A program made the position numbers and the translations under genes. Under the pieces are notes generated by a model. The model ran no database searches and was not told the DNA's origin. It saw only the letters and a program-made list of their open reading frames with translations. A stretch of DNA of 64,000 bases from Perna viridis (Eukaryota), in the NCBI GenBank assembly GCA_037379345.1, contig CM074511.1, forward strand, positions 14,074,001-14,138,000. Reading direction: 5' to 3'. Each line of letters opens with the position of its first letter. The first letter of the stretch is position 1. Of the stretch, positions 14,938 through 29,030 are shown one piece after another.

Positions 14938-17900
14938 CACCAAGAGAAAATTCAGAGATACTCTGCAATGTCTCATTTCTGATTAGAATGTAGCCAATAT
15001 ATTTTTCAGCTGAAATTTGCACATTGTTTTTACACATAATCTTTCTTGTATAGACTTAGTGATGACATTGATATGAATTTGTATGAAGAAAAAAGAAAAA
15101 AAGACAATGAATACTCGAAATCAGAGCAATTTTGTACTTATAAAATGAATGTCCAGTTCACACTACCAGGTCACTAGGATCCAGACAAGGTTTTATAAAT
15201 GCCTACAAGCTATATTTTTATGTTCTTTTAACTGCTACTGTTAAAATAAACTCCATATTTACCAATATAGTTATGGTGGTAAAATTCAAAACACATAAGA
15301 TAGTCATTTGTAGACAATTTAGATTTCCAGGTTGTTAAGTCTAGCCATTTGTCAATTTGAACTGTTAAATCTTGACACTTTAAGGTGGTTTTTAATGTTC
15401 AAAAGATTCAATAAAATTTGATTTAATGAAGTGCTAATTGAATTTTAATTGGTTCTCTGTATTTACATGTAAAGAACATCACTTGATAAGCATTTATAGA
15501 AATTGTTTTATGGTCATTGCCTGTAAGTGTGAGAGGCTTGTTTTCCCATTCCCCCCTTTATTATGGATATTTATAGTAGTTCTAACTTTTAGCACCCTAG
15601 CTTGAGTTGAGTTCTTAGACTTTTGTATTAAAAGGATAAATAGTCAACTAATCAATCTGTCTTGAAATTAAAACAATTTATCTTGGTATGCATTAGACAT
15701 AAGAAAAAAACCTGCAGAAATTCATTTGTAAATGGAGAAGTCAAACAGGCATTTTATGTTCTGATCTTGAAGAAATGTTCATCCTTTGGAGATTGTTTTG
15801 TTATTGTTTGTGTTGATCGATGAAAATATCCAAATTTGTGCTTTGATTGTTGTATTGAGAAACTGATAAAGCACCATCACTCTCATGTAAACTGTCTTTT
15901 ATGGTGATTAACGTAATATTTTGACGAACAAATGTTGCCTTTTATACAATTATGGTAAGAGGATGCTCATTTTTATCGTTTATTGTAGGAAGAGATCGGT
16001 ACCGGTACATATTGTTGGAAATATTGGCCATTTAGACGTCTCATTAATGTATTAAAGCTATCATGATTCAGAATAATTTGGCCAATTTGTATGACTTGTT
16101 AAGGAAAGAAAAATAAATGTTTCTATGTAGTTTCTTAATAATCGATCAATTTGTTTCAAATTAATCTTAACAGCAAAACAGCGAGTGTTGATGATTGAGG
16201 TTAAACTGACAATTAGAGAGAAAAGCAAAGAGATTTTTACAAAACTGCATACTTCATTTCAATCATAAAATGTTGGTAAACATTTTCTTGGTAAATCTCT
16301 AACTCTTCTGCATTAGTCTAAAACCCTTAACAAAAGAAACTTCACAAATGCTGGTATGAATTTAGGCATTAATTAATTGACGACTGAAAACCTTTTAACT
16401 GCAAATTGTATCAATTTGTAATAATCACCACTGATACTTGAGAGCATTTCATTTCATTCTGCGTGCATAAAAAGAGCAAAAATAGATTTTTTAGTAAAAA
16501 ATATTCTTTTTCTCTCCTATTTTTAACCTATAAACTTTATGACGTGAGTTTCTTGTTACATAACATGCCTGAAAATTAAGCACTAAAATTTTATTGATTG
16601 TTGTATACTTCCATACAGCACCATTAGCTGCAGTTAATTTTCATGATATAATGATCTCATAAGCTGTTACTTTAGAATCTTTGTTTGATGTTCAGACAAT
16701 AAATGCATATGGCTAGAAGAGAGCACATGCTTGGGTCTATCCATAAACTTGAAATATTTCAAGAGGGATACGTTTTACCAGTTGAAGATGATAGTAAGAA
16801 TATATAAATCATTGAAATTGCATAATTTTAGCTTTCAAAGGGTTTCATGTTGGCAAAAACTGCTTTGAGATATTTCCAAGTAGTCTTCAGAAGTTCTCAT
16901 ACAACATATTTGTATTTGTGTGACCTACTTCACTCTGATCTATATCATGAAAACAGTAAAACTGTAATATTAAATAAACTTCTTTTAAGATTAATAAAAA
17001 AACTTGCATTAAGTCAATTAAAATCAACAATTTTTAATTTGGGGAGATATCAAATGTAATCAAGTTATTTATAAACTAAATTAACATGAAAATTAATAAG
17101 AATGTCATAAAAATATTTTACTGTAAAACGACCCTTAATACAATATATATGCTATTGCTTGCAGTGGTACACATTACTAGAAACTGGGGAAATATGGTGC
17201 ATACTTATAACCTTCTAATCCATGACTAGACTGCCTCAGTTTTCATTATAGACATTTAATCAAGTTACAAAATATTTCAACAGAAAACAGGCTTATCTGT
17301 GTGAAGAATAGGGGATTATGGCCATTAAGCCACCTATCAAACTTCAATCTAAGGCTGGCCAGGGAGGGGTGTCAAGGCTATCACCAGGATCTAATGTTTG
17401 ACAGGCAGGGTGTTATCATGGTGTTGCTATCTGTATCTCCTCAAAAATCCATGTAATTATTATTGTCAGGGGTTAATCTAACTCAGGCAGTTTTTTTGGT
17501 GAGTCCTTTTAGATGCACATTAGTTTTTTAACTTTATTTGTTAATTAATCTAATAGTTTTTTCTTAGATTCAATAAGTAATTCTCACCTGACATCCTTTT
17601 ATCTGTGCCTTTCATCTATTTCGTCATTAACTTGTCTTACATATTTGCTTCTTTTTATAGTATAAACTGTCTGAGAGTAACTCTTGAAAAAATCTGGTTA
17701 TTTGATCTTTCCTTAATGTTTATTTTGGCTGACAGTGACGGTTATTTTATTCAAAACATTTATAATGTTAAGGTCAGTTAAACTTACCTTTAATTTCAAG
17801 AATTTAGGTAACTGCATGTGCAAGTAGTTACAAATAATTAGGATATTGCATAGAAGATGTTGTAAGGTCTAGTTTTTGTGTTGAATCAATAACAATTCTC

Positions 17901-18189
17901 TATGGTCCTGTAGTATTTTCATGAGATATTTATCCAGCCAGCTAGACTGCTTATTTCATACTATAGACATAATACATGTTCATGTGTATTACTGTGTCAA
18001 TAATAACATTGTTGTACAAGAGAATTTAGTGGTAAGTTATGCAGGTAATATACCTGGTCAAGATGGTCATTAATCAGTAATGTGTATTGCTGTAAAAATA
18101 ATAAACAAACACCTGTCATTGTATTTGCTGTGTATAGTAAGTAGTACATGTTGCTTTAATATAGACCTGTACATATTCACTATGGCTAG

Positions 18190-18456
18190 TTTAAAAAGAA
18201 CGGTGAATATGATAAAGCGACAGCAACCCAACCAGGATAAAAAATGTCAGCTCAAGGTCTTCAATGAGCGATGAGGAAACCCTCACAACACAGGGTAGAC
18301 TGCAGCTGGCCCCAAAACAACATTATACACAGGTACAGCATAATGGTTGCCCCCCCCCTCCCCCCATATACTCCAGCAACATAAAAGTAAACTGAGAATG
18401 GAAACAAACAAGACATACAGAAATTCCTGACTTTGTACAGGTGCAAAAAACAAGGC
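18190..18456 (-). mobile_element. Degenerate interspersed repeat copy
   Basis: Strand composition is reversed relative to the flanks (A/C-rich). The motifs cagctggcccc and cctgactttgtacaggtgcaaaaa resemble a common mytilid SINE-like repeat (from memory only). Confidence 0.35.
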
Positions 18457-18902
18457 ACATCATTGATTTAGATCAATATTTTTTGTGTAATGGGTGAAAG
18501 TTTACGAATAGAAAGAACTGTCTTTGTCTGAATGTTCTTCATATCAGCTTGCATTACAGACAGGAAAACATTTTATTGGAATAAAATAGCATCAAGACCT
18601 ATGATTTTTCAACTCTTTATATGACTATTCCCCATATTCAGTTAAAATCTCAACTCAACAGCTTTATACATCTTTGTTACTATAAGAAAGATAGTACACC
18701 TGGATACTTGACAGAGATTCTCAACACTTTGTAAAAAATAATTCCAAGTCATCTTCTAAATATACCAAAGAAGGTATTTATTTTTTTTTGTTTTAAAGAA
18801 GATGTTTTTCTTTAGTCTTTGATATCTGTTTTCAGTTTTTTTATAGGGAAAGTGGTATTAAAATCTTTGTTCATAAATATACATTCAAAGAGTATTTAAC
18901 TA

Positions 18903-19181
18903 AGAAAAAACAAGAAACCGAGAAACACTCAAATACATCTCACACACGAAAACAGGAAACCGAGAAACACTCAAATATATCTCACACATGAAAACAGGAA
19001 ACCGAGAAAAGCTCATATACATCTCACACACGAAAACAGGAAACTGAGAAACACTCAAATATATCTCGCACACGAAAACAAGAAACCGAGAAACACTCAA
19101 ATACATCTCACACGCGAAAACAGGAAACCGAGAAACACTCAAATACATCTCACACATGAAAACTGGAAACCGAGAAAAGCT
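18903..19181. repeat. Minisatellite, 42-bp unit, about 6.5 copies
   Basis: Unit gaaaacaggaaaccgagaaacactcaaatacatctcacacac. It explains the spurious ORF 18900-19157. Confidence 0.95.
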
Positions 19182-19314
19182 ACATAGACCGGTAATTACA
19201 TATAAAAAACTGTAGATAAGAAAAACAAGACATCACACAAAATAAAAACTAAAGCACTAAATATGAACTCCCACAAAAAACAAGGAGTGCCATCAGGTGT
19301 CCCTGAAGGGTAAG
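18903..19314 (-). mobile_element. Interspersed element (same family as 14737) carrying the 42-bp minisatellite
   Basis: The minus strand reads cttacccttcagggacacctg...ctccttgttttttgtgggagttc, then a T-rich body, then the tandem array. Confidence 0.55.
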
Positions 19315-22300
19315 GACTAAGTCATGCTATTCTGTGTGACTGCTAGACTGATCGGTATATATATATATATTAAATAACAATGAGATCAGATAATGTCTAG
19401 TGATATAGATTCATCTTTTAATGGACACATGTGTAATGAAACAAAACCATTTCAGCACTAGGAAGAAATTGATTCAGCTCTTTAGAAATTCCCATGGCAG
19501 TATTTTGGTTCCATCAAGAATCTTAGAATCATTTTATTTTCCAGTGAATGATTTTTAAGGTTTTTGCTCTTTTACTATATTTGTCTTGGTCATGTTTGTA
19601 GAATGGGTTAAACTGGGTTTCTTTTTGTCTGTTTAGGATTTCTGATGAGAAAATCATATGCCTCAGATTTAAATACTGTTTGTATAATCCAAGGACAGAA
19701 AATTCAGAATGGTTTTCTACCCCATGCTTACTTATGACCAAGGCTGCATGTATATAGTAATTATGTCAATTTGCAAGTTAGCTATATCAGTAAATCTGAT
19801 GTAGTCATTTTCGGTCATAAACAAACATTCAGTTTACCCACATATTGATTCAGTATGTATTTTACATGTAAGTGATTTATGTCCAGTCATTTCCACATAT
19901 GCTTTATTTTATATCCTTGTCTCTTTTTCACCATATTCTGCTTGTTAGCATTGTAGATGATAACAAGTCATTACAAGAATGCCGCTCTGATAAATATTTC
20001 AATGCATCTGAATATTGAAAATTCACAAAGGAGATATTAAGTGTGCAGTTAATGCATTTCATTAGCTGAGGAACAAGTATTGTATGTAGGACTCGTAGAT
20101 AGATAATGAAATATTTATATTTTGGACTTAATATTGTGAAAAATACCATGAATTAGTCGATTTTTCACACAGCCTTTTGTTATAGTAGAAAAGGTGATAC
20201 AATACCTGTTTTTGAATTTGATCCCTTTAGCTGAAGTGTTTTATATTACTTCAAAAAACGATCAGTAACCGTAGAAATTTGGCAGAAAACATAAGATTTT
20301 GATTAATAATGTATGTCCTTGTCGATGAATTGAAGCTGTCTTTTGCTTATTCAGAAAGAATTACCATAAATGAAAATTCACCGCCATGAAATAGCTTAGA
20401 AATATTTGTAAAGAAATAATTATCAAAAGTGAATTTTGTGTGATCTCAAATATTAAAATAAAAATTGATATTTTGGTTCAATTTGTTATTAAATGTCAAG
20501 TGTTTTATTGAGGAATTTTTGCAAAAGATGAAAAATAGGATTAATTTAATTGATTAAAACATTTATTAATGTTGTATAATGAATTTTCGCAGCATGAAAA
20601 TATTTTTCCTTGTTCAGCATTGACTAGTCATAATCAATTCTATTAAAAGGAAGAAAAAACCTGGAAGGCAGGATTAAATTGTTTCATGATAAATTATTGA
20701 CAAAATGATATTTTAAATAGCTGATGGTCTGTTCAAGCTTAAGAGCAATCAATTGCTTTATTTAACATGAATTTATCCGAAAAAAAAAAACAACAATATT
20801 TATTTCAGATGTAATTGATTAATATAATTGGATTAATGTGAAGGGAGGATGAATGACTGAAAGGGCTTATCTGGGGTGGTTTGTCCAGGGTAGTTAATAA
20901 CTTTTATAGTCCTCTAGGGAGCAGTTAAATGAAAGTTATGTAGGGACACATAATGCTCATTTAAGGGCCAAACAAGAATGACAATTATATATTCACTTAG
21001 TACCAGCTAGGAATCATACCAACTAGGCTGAAGGAACATTAGTATAGCTGTTGAAGCACTATATTTAAATCATGCTGTGAGAATTAACCACTACACATTT
21101 AAGAGTCTATATATGATTTGATAATACCTACCTCGGACCCTTAGCTTAGCTGCTTAAGCAGGACTTTATTTGTTAGGCCTAAAATGGAGTAGTAGCTTAA
21201 AGTAAAAAAAAACCTGACTTTGTAATTGAACCAAGGACTTCTGGTAATATAACCCTATTTTTATTACCATCTATTCAAATGAAACCAATAAAGCTTGCTA
21301 CTGAGTCTACCTGTGAGAGGAATCCACTGCTTTATTTAGCTTTGAATGAGAAATTTTCTTGCAAAACACTAACTAATAAATTCATAGATTCATTATTGAT
21401 ACATCATTTGTTTGTTACTTGTTATAACCTTGAAGTTATAGCAATATAGAAATATTTATTTATCACCAACAAAATGTAAGAACAATAGTAGTGACATTTA
21501 CATCATCCCTGGAGAGATGGTGTCAATTTTCATCAAGTTTATAATAAGGATCTCAGTAGAAACCCAAATCATCAATACTAGTGGCCTAACTCTATAGCCA
21601 GAGCTTCAGATAATTTCATTGATTGGTCCCTAGTGGGGCATCATTTTTATGAATGGAATTCCACAGTTTATTTATATACCAGGCCAATTGTTGACATGAT
21701 GTCTAATGGTCAGTGATCTGTATAGTATATTGTTTATGCGAAGTTACATCACAATCGGTTAAATTTAATGGGGAGCACAGCTGGACATCTTGTTGGAAAG
21801 CCTATTCAGGCTTGTATGTGTCAGAGTTATTGTTAATATTGACTTGGATGTTTTAGCTGGTTACTCTTGATATATAAAATTTGTTACTTAACTTTAATTA
21901 AATTGGATATGATACCAGTAATTATTCAATGTGGATATTTTAATGTCTAAATGGATCTTTCTCCAAATAAAGGAATGAATGAATAAGGTAATTTTTACTT
22001 CATTATTTTCACCAAACCATTTATAAAGTGAGATATTAATTTCCATGTATAGTATTATATCTAAGGTTACCTGTATTTGTTTCAAAGTGGAAAGAGAAAA
22101 AAACTTGTAGATAATTGTATAATCATGGGAAGCTTCAAACAGTGTCTCTAGACGCTGTAGCCTGCATTCTCAGAAAATGCAAGAATCTTGCAAGGTCAGG
22201 AAAAGTGAATTATTTTAAGCAATATTAACCAATTATCAAACAATGTTTTATTCAAATAATGTTTATGAATTTAGAAAGACTTGTCTGCAGTGGTTAGAAA

Positions 22301-23112
22301 GAGAGGAAATGATTATCTGCCGCTGCATCGAGCTTGTAACTGTGAGACATTGTAAAACAAACTTTGGCCGATACAAAAAAGTTTGTATTGTTATTATTCT
22401 ATTTCAATATTTGGTAATTTTTACCAGATGGCTGTTTTGAAATACTTAATTGTTCATACTTGAAACTGTTATTTTTCTGAATATTTCTGTTTGAGTTTAT
22501 CTGTAAAAATCATGTTCTTATTTAATTACCAGGGAATGAAGGAAAGTATCCTTTTCCTGCAGATAAAATGGTTTTAAGTATTTGATAAAAACTGAAAAGA
22601 TATCTTTGTTTTAATCTCAGTATATTGATTAATATATATGATAAACACATTGTGGTGGGCTACTACTTGTAAATTATACTAACTGCTGTTGTCTAGATAG
22701 CATTGAATAAACCATTACAAAGTGAAAAATGGTGCAATAGTACAAAATTAATTGGCATTCAGGCTTTGGTTTCATAAAAAATCTCATTTTGAGGTTTTCC
22801 TCATATACTTAAGTCTGGGTTAAGTTTTTCCTCAAATCTTCAATTTCAAGTTTTTCAGTTGGACAAAATTTGAGTTGAGGATCATCATATAGAAGTCAGT
22901 TCACTCATAACTTTTTTTTGCTTTACAGTCAAATACTGGTATTCATTTGCAACTTTAAATAGGGCTTTTACATACCATCCTTGTAAAAGTTCAGTTAATC
23001 CTAGATTTCTATGAAGATGTTGGTCTCCTATTATTACATGCCAAGCACATTTATTTGCATAACTTCCATACCACCTACAGAAAATGTACAATATAAATTA
23101 CAGAATTTTGGC

Positions 23113-23360
23113 TAACTTATTTTATCTTTATGTCTGTTTTGTTCCCCCCACTCAAGGATGTTACAAAGGTGTAACTTATTTTATCTTTATGTCTGTTTTG
23201 TCCCCCCCCCACTGGAGGATGTTTCAAAAGTGTAATTTATTTTATCTTTAGGTCTGTTTTGTTCCCCCACTCAAGGATGTTACAAAGGTGTAATATATTT
23301 TATCTTTATGTCTGTTTTGTTCCCCCCACTCAAGGATGTTACAGAGGTGTAATATATTTT
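23113..23360. repeat. Tandem repeat, ~59-bp unit (58-61, variable C-run), about 4.2 copies
   Basis: taacttattttatctttatgtctgttttgttccccccactcaaggatgttacaaaggtg starts at 23113, 23172, 23233, 23291 and (partial) 23350. Confidence 0.95.
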
Positions 23361-23430
23361 GGATGGGTCTTTGATTCCTAACTCACTTTATCATCTTCTG
23401 GTTACAATCTTCATTTCATGTCATATTTTT

Positions 23431-23569
23431 GTGGCAGATCCAAAAACTCAAAAAAGGGGAGGACACCCTAGTGAACTCCAGTTTTTTTTCATGTTGGTGA
23501 TCAACACAACTTTTTGAGCCTAAAAGGGGGGAGGAGGCAGGCCTCCAGGGCCCCTTAGATCTAACTATG
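23431..23569. mobile_element. Degenerate GTGGCAGATCC-family MITE
   Basis: Starts gtggcagatcca and ends ccccttagatctaactatg. Confidence 0.4.
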
Positions 23570-26500
23570 AATTTCTGTCAAACTTAAGTGAAATGTTGGT
23601 TACCACAAAAGCTTTAGTAGAATGGATTTTAACCAAAATTCAATGAGGGGAGCTACTTATTTATTGATTTATGCTCTAATGTGGATAAAGCTTACATTTT
23701 CTAAATCATACATGAAATGTTGATTTCCATAAAAGCCTTCTAGGGCTAAATTGTCTAAAATGAAGTTTTAAGGGGTAAAAGACTGTGCAGACTTTAATTC
23801 CTTCATAGGGGATGCTATATGTATGTATACATCATCCATGTCTATAATTCTGACTATTAGAGTAGATATTGAAGTTGGTCTTGAAGGATAAGTAATAACA
23901 GGAAATGAAGATGTTTTTCATTACATTTTCTTGTTGCAACTAGAGAATTTCATGACACTGAATATAATCTGTTGACATTTTATTAGTTTGGTCAGTGTGA
24001 AATATTGCTACAAGTCCTATATCTAGTCTACTGGTAGTAAATTAAGTTGTACAGACATGAGGTCTGAAGAATTGTCATATATTGATAGATGAACTTTCAT
24101 TAGGGGCCAGCGTATAGGAAGTCATGAAAGTACTCATTGACGCAGTGTAATTATTTTTAGGATTTAATTTTCTTTCTGAGGTTTGGTGTTCACATTTAAT
24201 GTATGATTGTTGATCTATATATGTTGTATTAACTGATTGCTTTTATTGATTTCAAGTTGTGGTAAAGAGGGTTTTATTTATATCATTTATTTATTGCATT
24301 TAGATAAATGAATTCATGTATGTTCGTTGAATTTGCATTTCTGTTTTTGCAACATGTACTCAATATGGGTTGTTTATGCCCTTTTAATGAGGTGAAAAGG
24401 ACAGTTTACATTCAGATGTTATAATTTTATAAAGGACAAAGATAAGCCAAAAATGGTATGTTTATATCATTCTAATAAATTTGTATTTAGTTAGAAATAA
24501 CAGGTGCAAATGATATTACGTTCGATAAAATAGCCCACTTCATATCTAAAATTATCTTGATGGGAATGTAAGTTTCCACAGATCTACTTTCATTTTATGT
24601 TTTATCAGTTATTTATGACAACAGTTGTATCTTGAATACACAAGTAAATATTTAGTATATTGGATAAGAAGAGATTAATATTGTAATATCCATGTCATAG
24701 TAAATTATGGAAATATTGGTTTGTGTATTGAATATACAGGTTTACTTAGGAAATAACCTTATGTAATAACCTCTACCACCAAGGGAGTTCGTTTATTTAC
24801 CAACGCTGATAACAGTTTTTTTTTACATCAAAGACATCATACAGGTAGGAAGTGTTCTGATTTTTTACCTGGAGTATTTTCCTTTTTAATTCCTTACATA
24901 TTATTCAGTAAATCAGTCTAAGCTTTGACATAGAGGGGGAAATTTGAATTGCATTCAGTTCTTGGTTTAGTTTAAAAGCATTTACTGGCAGGATTTGAGC
25001 ATTCATTTAAGTCCATTTATCACGTACATGTATGACTCATAAGTTTTACCTTGGATCGGTAAATGCACATTGTGATTAGCAATTTTATGCTATCAATATT
25101 GAAAATCTCTATGTACTTAATGGATTCAATCTGCTTAATTTGAATGTGCTCTTTCACTACAAAAGTAATTCTTAGATTTACCAGTTTTGGTAGACAAACC
25201 CTTTACAATGACATTATTTTTTAAAAAATGTATAAATCTAAAAAAAAAGTACCTTTCAATTAAACATGATATTTTAAACTAAGTCAATTAATGTTGAGCA
25301 ATGTGCACTGTCATATATTTCTTATAGTGTGACCTATCTGTTTTTGAATTGCTTTGTACAAGAAAATTTTTGTTATTATAACAAGATGCTCTTTACTTTC
25401 CAACAATCTGGTTTCCTGCCATGAATCCACTGCTCTTCTATTTCTGTCTATTTAGCCTCTGGAGATTTTAGCATCTTTTATGTAACTCATGTGTCTAAAT
25501 GGATTTTATCAGCTTCAAATCCACAGTGTTTTTGCAGTAGTTGCAATTAAACAACAGACAATGATTTAAGAAAAGCTTTTAGCCATTGCAGAAATGTGAT
25601 AACACAGATAATTTTGATTTGTTATCAAAGTCTTTATCTTTTGAGAGCGTTTAAAAAGATTGTCAGAGTCTAGCAGCCATGTACAAGGTGGTTGAAATGC
25701 AGATGCATGACCTTTAATTAATATATAGTCTTGCATTTCAAACATGATCAAATACTGCTTGTCAATTTCATCTGAGTGTAAAAACAAATTAATGGTAGAT
25801 TGATGTAAGTTTCAATGAAATGTACAATTCTGGACTGAAGCTGTGAGTCGTGGATTTCAGTTCAGTTTTAGACTAGAATCAATATTGTATTGATATATCA
25901 TGTGGTATCCATGTGAAGTATGCCTATTTTAGATAATTCTGGAATTCCTATGAGAGGGAGATCTAGCAAATGAATATCAGGATGTGATACAGTAATGATA
26001 CATTATTTGTAGGGGTGCATTTTTAAAAGGGGAGTCCAGTAATGAATTATTTTTATACAACATACAAATGCATTGAGAGCTACTAATCACTAGGACATAA
26101 CAATGCCATTTAACGAAACAGATAAAGTTAATTTGAATAGCTTGTTTGTTTTGCCTTTTGCTGCTATATGATTTATGCATGGAGTCCCTATTGTTCAACT
26201 TTTTATAAGGTAACCCTCAGAAGAACCTCTTTTGATGCTTCTGGTTGGTATTTCCTTCCATTGTAGATTATATCCTTTTAGAATGCATGGAATTTATGTC
26301 AATAGGGACCATTAGAGTTCTTACAATTGACCATGTCTAGTCTATGATAAAGTTAACATTATTGTAGCTTTCGATCTGGCCTCACTTTGATAGAGTCCAG
26401 GTTTATTAAAGTTCTTTGCTTGACAACTAAGCTGACTTAGGCCCAATGACTGAGGTGTATTTAAGATTATGAATGATCAGTCATGGAAGACAAGTTTTAA

Positions 26501-27510
26501 AGTGACTAAAGAGTTAAAAGATAACTTGTGGTTGATAATATTCCTATGAATTTGTGATAACATATGTACTGTACCATTTTATCTGTAACATAAACCAGGT
26601 TCCTTCATCTCTGTTACAAGGGTTTCCTCCTTGTTATGTTAATATTAGGGAAAAAATAGCCAAATGTTGTCTTAACAGGTTAAATTGAAAATTGTCTATT
26701 GAGCTATAATATAGATATTTTAATACTTGAAGAGAACAAAGGTGAGAACAGTCATCTCTGTAAGTTCTAGAACAGGTTTTAGTGGTGAAATGGTCCAAGT
26801 CATAATGTCACAATACTAAAATGTATTCTATAAATATATATTACAGCTAACACTAAACATAATCACAGTCTAACAGCTATGGCTAAAATAATTTTTAATT
26901 TAATTATTTTTAGCCAATATAGGACCTTCTATTACTCACTCTTATCTTCACTATTGATATTGAGAACAGAAATGTATATAAATTACACAATATTATATAT
27001 ATCTTCTATAAAACAAACTTGTGAAATTGTATTTTAGCAATCTATCATGAAAATGTATATTGAAAGAAATGTTTCCTAACACACAAAGACAGACACAAAA
27101 ACAATCTTTAAGATATTTCAATAGGTTTGGCAAATTAATCTGTTAGCTAAAAAAAACATAACATTGACATAAACTCTTAATGAACTTCTTGCTGAAGTAC
27201 TATTAGGGATTCTTTCATTCATTAATGTTTTCTCAGCTGATCAGAAAATTCCGTACTTCCTATATCCAGGGATAGTAATAGATTATTGGCAGGAAATGAA
27301 CTGGTCACTCTAAGTAAATGGTCATTAGAAGAAAATTATGGCTTGTGTCATGTGTAGTATGTTTGGCAATTGACATTTGTCATTCACTTATATAAACTTA
27401 GTATGACCCTTTGTAATATGGTTGATTGGTGACATGTTTTATGTAAGTAATGTTATAGATAGTACTTTTTTGTTAGCTATTGATGCATGTCAGGATGTGT
27501 AATTCTCCGA

Positions 27511-27669
27511 CAGGAAGGGTAGACTTTAAAAAAGGGTGGATGTTTCAATCCAGAAATTTGAAATAGGATGTTCAAGGCTTTGATATGCTCAGTTTTGCCC
27601 AAACTTTGTACAAAATTAATAATTTTTTCCAACAAAAATGGTGGTCACCCACCCCAGGATCCACCACTG
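27511..27669. mobile_element. Degenerate GGATCC-family MITE
   Basis: The 3' end ccccaggatccaccactg matches the family terminus; the 5' end is eroded. Confidence 0.35.
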
Positions 27670-28965
27670 CAACAGTATTTAATTTTTAATTTAATTTTCA
27701 TCTTAAAGCTAACTGACTTTTTGTCCCATGGAAGTCTTTGATTAGTTTTGGAAAGGAGATGATGTGGAGATGTGTGGATGTCACCAGAAAACAATATTAA
27801 TTTACAAATATTGAATAATGATGAACTATGACCTTATGAGTTGTTATCTGGTGTAATACAGTGCTTGATGCATCACATTAAAATAGAAATATTAAAATAA
27901 ATATTTAGAAATACTTCAATTGAAATAAACACAGTCTATATTTCCTACTTCTTTTGACAAAGCTCTGTTTGTTTTGCGGGTCATAGAGAGAGAATGCTAT
28001 AATGAAGAATTATCTCTTTTATGCAAGAAATAGACCCATTAATTGATAAAATTACATTGAGGCATTACATTACAGACAAAATAAAGGAAATTGATCTAAA
28101 AAATTATCATATTTATTTCACAAACTTACAAATTGAACAAGTTTCTTGAACATCTTCCAAATCACATGTGGTTTTGAGAGGGTAACGTTAGATGATGGCA
28201 AAATAAATTCATCAGTAATTTGGCAGGAGAAAAATTATTAGCAATCACTTGTGTTTTTAGTACCAGTAGATTTATTGATATTTAAATTGGTTGTGTGTGA
28301 TTATTTGATAAAGTGATGAAGAAAGATTGCTGCTGATATTCCATGAAAAATCACATGAAAAAGCCAAGAATTCTGGTTACTTTATGTTATGTTGCTTGAA
28401 ATTAAAAATAAGATTAATAGTTTCTATTCAAATTTGAATTATGTTTTGGTTCTGGCCTTTTACTGCATGTGCATCTGTTTGGTACAGGCTTTAAACTCTT
28501 CATTTTGGCTTTCTGTTATTTTCTTGTTACCATAGTTACAATATCCCCTGCGTGAAAGTCCTGACAAGGAAATTCCCACTATGTACCATGCAACAGCCAG
28601 TTCCAATGGTAGTTTGAAATATGAATATTTCAGAGTAAATAATGTGCTAGGATGTTAACATCTAAACAATCATCTACAAAGACTATTATTTAAAAGATAT
28701 TTACATTACCCAATGGGAAGATCACAAGCCTTCCATATCTAACTGCATGCTTAAGTTATTGCTCCTAAATATTGTATTTTGTATCTCAATTGTCTTTTCT
28801 TATAAATGGGAGGAAAATGAAAATTGGCAGTTTGGATTGATGTATGAGGAGGGATCATTTCCTTGGGTCACTCATCCTGAATGAATTGGTTGAGATTACA
28901 GGAGGTTCCAGGTTATGCAATATTGACCAAAGTGGTGATAACTCAATTTTTTTCTTTTGTTTCAG

Positions 28966-29030
28966 ATTTTCTGGATTTTAATGAAATAAGAAGATCTATA
29001 AATTGTCTGAGATTTGATGTTGATTGTCTG
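28966..29030 (+). other. Candidate 65-bp non-coding (5'-UTR) exon
   Basis: Very strong acceptor (tttttttcttttgtttcag|) and consensus donor (CTG|GTAAGT), on the same strand as the plexin. No transcript evidence is available. Confidence 0.4.

Noticed and set aside
18900-19157. 85-aa ORF with a 14-aa repeat
   Set aside because: It is the translation of the 42-bp minisatellite inside an interspersed element.
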